Source of the DNA: an uncultured virus (IMG/VR IMGVR_UViG_3300011912_000001)
Lineage: Duplodnaviria; Heunggongvirae; Uroviricota; Caudoviricetes
DNA: 64,000 nucleotides
Direction: 5' to 3' (one strand)
Virus record (IMG/VR): IMGVR_UViG_3300011912_000001
A program made the position numbers and the translations under genes. The notes below the pieces were generated by a model, which saw nothing but the letters and a program-made list of their open reading frames with translations, was not told the origin of the DNA and did not search any database. Positions 40,178 to 47,488 of the stretch are shown in pieces (positions within the stretch are counted from its first letter, which is position 1; each line of letters begins with the position of its first letter).

Positions 40178-40235
40178 GAAGGGGCGTAGCCCCCGGCTAT
40201 ATAAAAAGTATAGCGTGTTTCCTAGAAACTGACAA
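40178..40235 (-). promoter_or_regulatory. sigmaA promoter followed by AGCCG-hairpin motif, copy 3
   Basis: TTGTCA-17nt-TATACT, then after 8 nt AGCCG-GGGGC-TAC-GCCCC. Confidence 0.7.
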
Positions 40236-40391
40236 ACCTTTTCCATAAGAAAGCCCCTCACTGTGTTTGAGGGTTAGACAAGCCCTAGTGAGGGGTGGAA
40301 CTGCTAGCTTTCTACAAGTATAAACTTGAAGAAAAGGGGTTATGACTCCTTAAGTATATCATGGTTTTCCGCGAAGCGGCTATATAAAATT

Positions 40392-40659
40392 AAAACCCCT
40401 GCCCATGGAAGCCATGAAAGCAGGGGAAACGAGGATTTGATTAATTCTTAATGTTCATCAAAGGGTGGGGCCACGGTGCTGTGTACGAATGTGCTATGTG
40501 CCCTGTGCGCGGGTGGTTCCCATACTCCTGAAGGAGATATTTTATATCTCTAGTTTCCATCGCATTGCGTAGTAATGGCGCACGCCTCGTTTTTTATGAA
40601 GGGCAAGCCCTTCTTGAAAAGCCTATACAACCACGAATAGACCCTTCAAGAAGAGCCCC
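40392..40659 (-). ncRNA. Putative structured RNA with a (N)nnnGCAC repeat tract, downstream of DIP1984-like gene A
   Basis: Hairpins, 6-7 units of 7-8 nt at 40465-40519, terminal CCCCUGC/GCAGGGG hairpin plus U tract. Confidence 0.55.
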
Positions 40660-41205
40660 TTACAGGTACTCTTCGATGCCTTCGAGCTCAGCCAAGTCGT
40701 TGGTATCGATAATCGTCGTGACCGAAGCCGCTTCGATTTCTCGACTCAACCGGTCGGCTTGAAGGAAAAGACTCTTGCTATCTTTAAGCATGCCTTTGAT
40801 ATCATGGTTGCGTTCAACCACGACCTTCTCCCCTTGGCGAAGTCCGCCACCAGTAGAACCGATGGAAATCTTCTTTTGCGAACCAAGGCTTTTAAAGACT
40901 GCCGCATAGTCCCGAAGGAATTTCGCATGAGAAATTGCCTGTTGAATCGGCATCTCCCGGTCTCCGTCTTTGACTTTTACTTGTGCGTTCAACTGAGTAA
41001 TCAGTAGACCAACTTGCAAGTGTAAGTCATGAAGCTTGAGGAGCTTATTGTGGGACTCGACAAACTCTTCTTTTGAGACACTGTCGGTGACGACGTCTGC
41101 TGTCGTCTCCGTGTATTCTCCACGCAAGAACTCATTGCGGGCCATGTACACTTCGTCTTGCAATCGTTTTTTCAATTGAATCAATTGGGATAATGAAATC
41201 TCCAT
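40660..41205 (-). CDS. DIP1984-like helical protein A
   Basis: ISLSQLIQLKKRL, LNAQVKV..EMPIQQAI, IEAASVTTII; paralog of 43981-44607. Confidence 0.65.
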   Translation of the reverse strand: MEISLSQLIQLKKRLQDEVYMARNEFLRGEYTETTADVVTDSVSKEEFVESHNKLLKLHDLHLQVGLLITQLNAQVKVKDGDREMPIQQAISHAKFLRDYAAVFKSLGSQKKISIGSTGGGLRQGEKVVVERNHDIKGMLKDSKSLFLQADRLSREIEAASVTTIIDTNDLAELEGIEEYL

Positions 41206-41235
41206 GGTATCACCTCATTGGTTTATTTGAGAAAC

Positions 41236-41910
41236 TTAAAGATAGTCTCGTAGGTCACGGAAGGAACGGTCATAATGGATTTTTTCCGACTCTACGGAAT
41301 AGACTTTTGATAACTCTCCTACCCGATTGTAAAAAGGATAAGGTAAGAACGATTCCGATTGACGCGCCAATTGCAACCCTCGTTTATTAAACACAACATA
41401 ATAAACAGAATCATCAGGAAGACGATACTCAAAGACTGCCATGAAATGAGCGGCTTTTTCTTGAGGTTTCACATGTCGAAGCCGTTCCAACGCATTCTTT
41501 TCTCGTTGTTCTTGTTGAGCATCGAGAGCGTGAGACTCATAGGGTTCAGCGGTGATGTCAAAAGACTCCGCCGTCAGCAGGATGTCTGAGAAAGATTTAT
41601 ATGCAGAAGTAGAAGGAGAATTAGGACGGGCTTTAGGAATAAACATTTCTCCGTCGAGGAAATAAAGACCCTCTTCTTCTTTATTGAGTTCAAGTTCTGT
41701 TAATCCATCGTCAAATTCACGAAGAATTTGAGCGCTTGCATTTCGAACGAAAGACTGAGAAGGAATAACAACAGAATACTCATGACCATCATTCAAAACA
41801 CGATAGCGGTACTCACTGTAATCTTCTTTTAGAGAGGCTTCGGCATCTAAATCTTGAATACTCTCATGGACAGTATCATAGAAACTAAGAATTTGTTCGT
41901 GGGTTAACAT
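41236..41910 (-). CDS. Hypothetical protein
   Basis: AAGGAGG RBS. Confidence 0.65.
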   Translation of the reverse strand: MLTHEQILSFYDTVHESIQDLDAEASLKEDYSEYRYRVLNDGHEYSVVIPSQSFVRNASAQILREFDDGLTELELNKEEEGLYFLDGEMFIPKARPNSPSTSAYKSFSDILLTAESFDITAEPYESHALDAQQEQREKNALERLRHVKPQEKAAHFMAVFEYRLPDDSVYYVVFNKRGLQLARQSESFLPYPFYNRVGELSKVYSVESEKIHYDRSFRDLRDYL

Positions 41911-42283
41911 TGTTTTCCTCCTTATTGAGACGTTGCATCATATCATTTAGAAAATCATGTGTGCGTTGCTCACTTTTTGATAGAGGCTTGTCTTCTTTTG
42001 TATTACGTAAAGAAGGATTACCTTCTTTATCTTTTGAAAGATAGACACGTCCATTCTGTTCTTCTTCCCAGTAACGACGGTCGCTGTCGAACGGTTCGTA
42101 ATCGGACTTTGCGAGACGGCGGAGTCCTTCTCCGTTTTGTTCGATGATACGATGGAAGATGCGCGCGCGGCGTTCTTCTTGTTCTTGTTCCTCAATAGTA
42201 GGATGAACGAGCTCTTTGACATTCTTCAGATGTCGTTTCCCGTTTACATCTGTAATCCAGTAGACTTTATCGACGAATGGCAT
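41885..42283 (-). CDS. Hypothetical protein
   Basis: AAAGGAGG RBS. Confidence 0.6.
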   Translation of the reverse strand: MPFVDKVYWITDVNGKRHLKNVKELVHPTIEEQEQEERRARIFHRIIEQNGEGLRRLAKSDYEPFDSDRRYWEEEQNGRVYLSKDKEGNPSLRNTKEDKPLSKSEQRTHDFLNDMMQRLNKEENNVNPRTNS

Positions 42284-42302
42284 CGAGCCCGCCTCCTTTC
42301 AA

Positions 42303-42707
42303 TTATTTACTGTCACGTGGTTTGAAGATGTCTTTAATTTTTTCAAGGTCAATGTCTTTCTTTTCTTTCGTCATTGAGTCAATGACTTCATTGACAGAAG
42401 TAAAGACTTCCCCTAAGACGCTAGAGAATTCGCTACTTGTTGGAATGCCTTTATTCCAGTCATTGACACCATTTACGAAGATGCGCTGACCGTCAACACC
42501 ATTCCCATTAATTCGTTTGTCGTTGAGGGGACGAGAAGGATTCGTGTACGCACGACCACCGGGAGTCGCAATCGATACATTATCGGCGATGATAAGCATC
42601 TCGCTATCCTGAGTTTCAACATCCAAGTTTGGGGCATCAATGTTCTTTGCTTTTAAATGTTGACGAATAATATCAATGATTTCAGATTCTGTTAAACGAA
42701 TTTGCAT
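42303..42707 (-). CDS. Hypothetical protein
   Basis: Start MQIRL after AAAAGGAG; the longer track start runs through a tRNA-like element. Confidence 0.6.
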   Translation of the reverse strand: MQIRLTESEIIDIIRQHLKAKNIDAPNLDVETQDSEMLIIADNVSIATPGGRAYTNPSRPLNDKRINGNGVDGQRIFVNGVNDWNKGIPTSSEFSSVLGEVFTSVNEVIDSMTKEKKDIDLEKIKDIFKPRDSK

Positions 42708-42739
42708 GAGGAGTCTCCTTTTAATATAAGTATAGGTAT

Positions 42740-42797
42740 TGTTTTCTACTGGAATTGAACCAGTCGGCGGTGCCGGAACCTTCAAAAAACAGAAAAC
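42740..42797 (-). ncRNA. Shrunken tRNA-like element (58 nt)
   Basis: Acceptor GUUUUCU/AGAAAAC, T arm ACUGG-UUCAAUU-CCAGU, mini hairpin CGGC-ACC-GCCG, no D stem. Confidence 0.6.
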
Positions 42798-42799
42798 AT

Positions 42800-43105
42800 C
42801 CCCATCTATTCAGCCTTGAAGCTGTCTATAGAGTCAATAAATGAACACTCTCTTGGGCTTAGAACCAAGGATTTTATCGAACTTTCACCTGTGACCGTTT
42901 AACTTTCAAGAGTCTGAGGTTTGAGTCGTGAGCGTTGAGCGTTTACCTTTTAACGTTAAGCTTTGAGTATATGCTCTAGAGTCTCCAGCTAGAGCTTTTA
43001 TTCTGTCGCACTCTCTGCATCTGAGGCAGTGAGCTTTACGCCAGAACCCATTGTCATATGAGTGTATTTGATATACTCTTTTTCTTCAGCGTATCCGCTA
43101 AGGTA
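42800..43105 (-). ncRNA. Putative structured RNA with about 12 heptamer-like repeats
   Basis: ORF-free; AAAGCUU/AACGCUC-type units at 42879-42970 flanked by hairpins. Confidence 0.6.
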
Positions 43106-43404
43106 GGTTATCTATATCGTTAGATAGGACGCATTTAGTTCATAGACATTCGAATAGATAGGGATGATACTTTCATTCTCTTTAGATAATATAAAGGAAC
43201 GAAATGGAATATGCAAGTGGGAGCCTTCCCATCTCCCGTTGTGAAAATGGAACAACAAAGCAATAGTCAAAGAGCTTGTTGTGGGAAGGTTGTGCATTAC
43301 AAGTGGTGAACGTGTAATGTCAACAATGTGGCGGGGGAAACCCCATGATAAAAAGAGTATTCACCGCCGGTCACCCGACGGCATAGTGCTCGTGTTGTAT
43401 ATAT

Positions 43405-43476
43405 AGGGCAGGGTCGGACTCGAACCGACGACCTCTCGCCTTCGTGACGCCGCTCTACCATCTGAGCTACCCGCCC
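43405..43476 (-). ncRNA. tRNA-like RNA with 5-nt loop (ACGAA) in the anticodon arm
   Basis: Normal acceptor, D and T arms; CGUC/GGCG stem; no CCA. Confidence 0.75.
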
Positions 43477-43582
43477 AATACAACCACTATACGAAGAAAG
43501 AAACCTAGGTTACTTCGTCATCTCCAAGGAGACTTTTTCATGCGCCCACACGATAAGCATGAGCTAACAAAGGAAAGAACGA

Positions 43583-43951
43583 TTATTTATCTTTCAATAA
43601 ATAAACGTCATGGTATTCTTCAACGATTTTCATATCATCAATAAAGAAATCATCTGCAACTTCTTTTGCTAACGTGAATTGAATCAAATAGTCTTCATCA
43701 GGTGTACCTGTTGATTCGACTACATAGTAAAAACTAAACGTAGGATGTTCGAACGGCTGAAGTTCCGCAATCAATTCTTTGATGCGAGCATGTCCTTCCT
43801 CATAGGTAGCATATGATTCGGTCACATGTTCTTCTTTTGCCAATTCGTTTTCAAGCTCAGGAAAATCATCAGGGGACATCCCCATGGTCGCACCATATGG
43901 AATGTAAGGAACCTGATAATAGAATTCTTTTTTTCGATGCAATGTGTACAT
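43583..43951 (-). CDS. Hypothetical acidic protein
   Basis: GGAGG RBS. Confidence 0.6.
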   Translation of the reverse strand: MYTLHRKKEFYYQVPYIPYGATMGMSPDDFPELENELAKEEHVTESYATYEEGHARIKELIAELQPFEHPTFSFYYVVESTGTPDEDYLIQFTLAKEVADDFFIDDMKIVEEYHDVYLLKDK

Positions 43952-43980
43952 AAGTACCTCCTAGAAGGAGAGGTCTAGAA

Positions 43981-44607
43981 TCAGACCTCAATCAGCGTTT
44001 GCGTGTTGCTTTCAGACAAGGAGTAATCGACTTCGGCTTTAAACTGTTCGATGTCATCTTGCAGTTTTTTAATCATAGCACGAATGTTAGCTGGGTCAAG
44101 GAGCTTCACTTCATGGCGCTTCATGAACGCCTCTTCCGCTTCCGCCACTTCTTCCGGCTTATGTGTGCCTTCTTTTGGGAATGACACTTCGATATGCTTT
44201 TGCGTACGGTCACGGAGGTCAGCTTCTAAGCGAAGTTTTTCCCGGTCCGCATTCATCAACTGATTACGCAAGTTGACGAGCAACTGTTCATCGTACTCAA
44301 TGCCAGTGTCACGGCGGTCGATGGCTTCTGCCACTGTCATTTCAACGCCAGCAATCCGAACAAGAGTCACAGCATTACTTGCAATGATAGCAGATTTAAT
44401 GACCTTACGGCGTTCAATTAAATCATTGACTTTGTCGACGCTTGCTTTCGCTTCGTTTTCGAACACTTCAATCGATGGATAGTGGGCAGGTGCCTTCTCT
44501 CCTGAAGTAACGGCAACAAAGCGTTCAGCGACCGCAACCGTAATGCGTTTATCAAGAAGCTTGAGTTCAGCAAGTGCGCGGTGAATCGACATAGAAGTTT
44601 TAGTCAT
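43981..44607 (-). CDS. DIP1984-like helical protein B
   Basis: MSIHRALAELKLLDKRI, SNAVTLV..EMTVAEAI, VDYSLSESNTQTLIEV. Confidence 0.7.
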   Translation of the reverse strand: MTKTSMSIHRALAELKLLDKRITVAVAERFVAVTSGEKAPAHYPSIEVFENEAKASVDKVNDLIERRKVIKSAIIASNAVTLVRIAGVEMTVAEAIDRRDTGIEYDEQLLVNLRNQLMNADREKLRLEADLRDRTQKHIEVSFPKEGTHKPEEVAEAEEAFMKRHEVKLLDPANIRAMIKKLQDDIEQFKAEVDYSLSESNTQTLIEV

Positions 44608-44649
44608 GAGTAATATCTCCTTTTGTAAGTAGAGTAATATAAAAGTAAA

Positions 44650-45140
44650 TGGAAGATGGCCCTCGCTACGCCTTAGGGCGATGGCATTCCTTGTATTGTT
44701 TTCCCTCCTGCTAGAACCGTAGCGCTAGACAGAAGCCGCAAGACCGGCACGGCTCTCTTCCCTAAGTCGTGAGTACCACATACATGTTTGCTATGTAGTG
44801 ACCGGAGTTTATGTCGTCCGGTGACGGAAGGCTCTCGTAGTCCAACTGGTGATACATACCGTCACAACACGATATGCAAACTTTGCCCTGACACGCCCGT
44901 CCCATAACACGACGCATCACATTATGGAAGTAGAACCCTCAGGTGTCTACCACGATTAGGTAGGATAGCCAGAGCAAAGAAGCAGTTTTCAGACATGCTC
45001 AGGTCTAAGCAATTCGATTTTAGAAGATGCATCTTCCTCCACCGTGGTACGCAAGCGCCCACTACAATCCATGTGAAGCAAAAGAAAAAGAACCATCTGA
45101 TGCATGCAAAGAAAGTTTCTAAACACTACAGATGATTCCA
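44650..45140 (-). ncRNA. Hairpin-rich noncoding segment
   Basis: ORF-free, GC-rich, at least 8 consecutive hairpins and a small pseudoknot. Confidence 0.5.
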
Positions 45141-45144
45141 TAAA

Positions 45145-45216
45145 CGTACTCGGTAGGATTCGAACCTACGACCTAACGGTTAACAGCCGTTTGTTCTGCC
45201 ACTGAACTACGAGCAC
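45145..45216 (-). tRNA. tRNA-Asn(GTT), CCA not encoded
   Basis: Cloverleaf, anticodon loop CTGTTAA. Confidence 0.92.
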
Positions 45217-45226
45217 AAAATAAAAA

Positions 45227-45300
45227 TGGCATGTCGACTAGGATTTGAACCCAGAATAATGGAGTTGGAGTCCATCGTGTTACCGTTACACCATCGACAT
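45227..45300 (-). tRNA. tRNA-Trp(CCA)
   Basis: Cloverleaf, loop CTCCAAC, G73, CCA end. Confidence 0.9.
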
Positions 45301-45375
45301 ATAAAACATATGAATGAATTCCAACAGGAGAGCGACAACGCTCCCACTGCTGGACTTACAACATCCATATGCTAA

Positions 45376-45448
45376 TACCCCGTACGAGAATCGAACTCGT
45401 GACTCCGCCGTGAAAGGGCGACGTCTTAGACCACTTGACCAACGGGGC
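45376..45448 (-). tRNA. tRNA-Glu(TTC), CCA not encoded
   Basis: Cloverleaf, loop CTTTCAC. Confidence 0.92.
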
Positions 45449-45449
45449 A

Positions 45450-45526
45450 TGGTCGGAAGAACAGGATTTGAACCTGTGACCATCTGAGCTTCAATCAGAC
45501 ACTCTACCAGACTGAGTTACCTTCCG
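45450..45526 (-). tRNA. tRNA-Phe(GAA)
   Basis: Cloverleaf, loop TTGAAGC, CCA end; C1-G72 acceptor. Confidence 0.85.
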
Positions 45527-45598
45527 ATTACGAAACAACCTACGAAAGAGGCCGTTTCTGCCTAACAAGTAGGCGCATGGTACGCGTACCAATAATGT

Positions 45599-45693
45599 GA
45601 GTGCGACATGGACAATCTCCAGCCGGGATAGTCCACAGTATATTTTATCAACGGGTTTTAACCGTTGCCGCTGGGCCGGTCCACCTAGCACTC
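45599..45693 (-). ncRNA. Unrecognised structured RNA, copy A (UGGACCGGCCC motif)
   Basis: Closing stem GAGUGC/GCACUC; homologous to 46072-46159. Confidence 0.6.
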
Positions 45694-45705
45694 GTAGGCT
45701 TCATG

Positions 45706-45778
45706 TGGACCCTGTAGGACTCGAACCTACGACTACTCCGTTATGAGCAGAGCTTTCTACCAACTGAATTAAGGGTCC
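45706..45778 (-). tRNA. tRNA(CAT), probably Ile2; CCA not encoded
   Basis: Loop CTCATAA; GGACCCT acceptor typical of Bacillales Ile2. Confidence 0.85.
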
Positions 45779-45834
45779 ATAATCTTGCGTAAGCCGACCA
45801 AAGCACACCGCAAGAGACGTAAGAACAAATAAGA

Positions 45835-45906
45835 TGCCTGTGGATAGGATTCGAACCTACATGTTGTCGCCTTTGCAACCGCTCTACCATTTGAGGTACC
45901 ACAGGC
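45835..45906 (-). ncRNA. tRNA-like RNA with tetraloop (AAAG) in place of the anticodon loop
   Basis: 8-bp acceptor, D loop with GG, canonical T arm, GUUGC/GCGAC stem. Confidence 0.75.
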
Positions 45907-45915
45907 ATAATAAGG

Positions 45916-45989
45916 TATCTGGAAGCAGGACTCGAACCTGCACGCACAGCCGTCGCCGTAGCTCTACCAGCTTAAGACTTATTCCAGAT
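45916..45989 (-). ncRNA. tRNA-like RNA with tetraloop (GACG) in place of the anticodon loop
   Basis: AUCUGGAA/UUCCAGAU acceptor, canonical T arm, ACGGC/GCUGU stem. Confidence 0.75.
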
Positions 45990-45990
45990 A

Positions 45991-46065
45991 TGGTTGCTCT
46001 TGGAAGAGTTGAACTTCCGACCTCCCACTTATCAGGTGGGTGCTCTGCCACTGAGCTAAAGAGCA
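45991..46065 (-). tRNA. tRNA-Ile(GAT)
   Basis: Cloverleaf, loop CTGATAA, CCA end. Confidence 0.92.
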
Positions 46066-46071
46066 ATGTTT

Positions 46072-46159
46072 GAGTACGTCATGACATTCTCATGAGGGAT
46101 GCTCCCGTGTATTATTTCTCACTGAAATCAGTGCCGCCGGGCCGGTCCAAGTAGTACTC
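46072..46159 (-). ncRNA. Unrecognised structured RNA, copy B (UGGACCGGCCC motif)
   Basis: Closing stem GAGUAC/GUACUC; homologous to 45599-45693. Confidence 0.6.
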
Positions 46160-46470
46160 CTTACTCTTCGATACCTCGAATGCCTTCGGGGTTCTTTAAG
46201 AGTAAAGTATACAAAAATAAAAAGCAAGTATAAAATACAAAAAGTTTTAAAAAAATATAATGGAGCGTTTTTTTACATGAAAGGCTCCCAAAACATGACT
46301 AGATGGTACGTGCGTAGCAACACGTCCGTTTGTAAAGGACAAGCGAAAAACCTTTTTGGTAAAGACCAAGGGAAACGAACCCCTGTGGTTCGGCAAGAGT
46401 CAGGCTTCATCCTAAAAAGGAATCAATTCCCTATCACGCCTACTAAGTCGCCAGACATATTTACCTCATG

Positions 46471-46555
46471 CGCCAAGGAAAGGACTTGAACCTTTGTTTC
46501 CGGTAGCTCATTGCAAAGAACGAGCGGCACCGTACTCATCACCTGATTCCAAAGC
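46471..46555 (-). ncRNA. tRNA-like element with extended central arm and imperfect acceptor
   Basis: T arm AAAGG-UUCAAGU-CCUUU; UCAGGUGA shared with 46599-46766. Confidence 0.5.
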
Positions 46556-46598
46556 ATTATAACGGGGCGTTTTATAAAGTAAAAAGGCCCCCAAACAC

Positions 46599-46766
46599 TG
46601 TTCTTCAGAGGAATCGAACCTCTGCATGCTCACAATGATACTACTTGCTTCTACAGCTTACTAAGAGAAAGTATTGGCTGTTAAGTAACGCATTGCCCAA
46701 CATACCTCACTCGTTTTCAGACTACAAAGTTTTCGTCAAAATTGTTCCAAGTCACCTGAGAAGAAC
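46599..46766 (-). ncRNA. Expanded tRNA-like element (168 nt)
   Basis: Acceptor GUUCUUC/GAAGAAC, T arm AGAGG-UUCGAUU-CCUCU, large insert. Confidence 0.7.
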
Positions 46767-46813
46767 ATGATAAAAGAGAGGCGTTTCTGTAAAGTGGAAA
46801 GGCCTCCAAACAC

Positions 46814-46969
46814 TGTCCTGATAAGGAATTGCACCTGTAAACAATCTCTTCGACTGCCCGTTTCAACATACTAAGGTTCCAAGCGTTCGGGCGTAAAGCC
46901 GGTACTAACGTTCCCCCGTTCGATATACTTTGGTGCTTGTGTACTAGGAATGTCTCACTAGAGCAGAAC
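46814..46969 (-). ncRNA. Expanded tRNA-like element (156 nt)
   Basis: GUUCUG/CAGGAC, T-like arm AGG-UGCAAUU-CCU, repeated YUAGUA. Confidence 0.6.
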
Positions 46970-47023
46970 ATGATAAGAAAGAAGAGACATTTGGTTTTAA
47001 GTCAAAAGGTCTCCACAAAAGAC

Positions 47024-47111
47024 TGCTCTTTAAAGGAGTTGCACCTTTAGAAATGCTTATTGATATCCCTATTAGGCCCACAAACTCACATTTCCTACTA
47101 AGAAGAAGAAC
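47024..47111 (-). ncRNA. tRNA-like element without D stem (88 nt)
   Basis: GUUCUU/AAGAGC, GAAAUG/CAUUUC arm, T arm AAAGG-UGCAACU-CCUUU. Confidence 0.65.
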
Positions 47112-47187
47112 ATGATAAAAATGGGACGTTGGATTAACGTGTAAGGTCCCCAAGCACGTGTACATGTTTAAAACCAGTACAATCGGT

Positions 47188-47259
47188 TGCCTTCTGTAGG
47201 ATTCGAACCTACACGGCCGGGGTAGTGCCCCGGAATTCTACCACTTAAATTAAGAAGAC
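47188..47259 (-). ncRNA. tRNA-like cloverleaf with non-canonical loop GCACUAC
   Basis: No U33, G32-C38 can pair; no CCA; runs into a pseudoknot. Confidence 0.75.
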
Positions 47260-47336
47260 AGAATAAGAATAAAACATGACGTTTCTTTTACGTGGAAAGG
47301 TCACCAAAGCACGATGCATTTTAAGTCGGCATAGAC

Positions 47337-47408
47337 TGGTTCCCTCAGGATTCGAACCTGCAATCTTCTCGTATCCACGAGACACTTTGCCAATTAAGCT
47401 AAAGAACC
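47337..47408 (-). ncRNA. tRNA-like cloverleaf with 4-6-nt loop (U)GGAU(A)
   Basis: UCUCG/CGAGA stem; no CCA; runs into a pseudoknot. Confidence 0.75.
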
Positions 47409-47488
47409 ATGATAAAATTGAAGCGTTTTTTTAGACATGGGAAGGCTTCCAAACCCATGATGCTATGTTTTAAGTCGAGCATGCGGAC

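Larger units (their letters stand above)
46262..47459 (-). repeat. Seven dispersed copies of a ~37-nt H-type pseudoknot
   Basis: At 46262-46297, 46564-46599, 46778-46814, 46984-47024, 47123-47159, 47277-47313, 47420-47459; both stems covary. Confidence 0.8.

Noticed and set aside
40139..40261. N-terminal extension of dUTPase in the ORF track
   Set aside because: Runs through the promoter and AGCCG motif; strong RBS before ATG 40138
46599..46969. tmRNA
   Set aside because: No G3-U70 alanine acceptor, no CCA, too short, no tag frame evident
45286..47165. Short track ORFs across the RNA cluster
   Set aside because: Overlap tRNAs and structured RNAs, lack RBS, unnatural composition
47188..47259. 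Functional tRNA-Ser(ACT)
   Set aside because: G32, C33 and a G32-C38 pair, no long variable arm, no CCA
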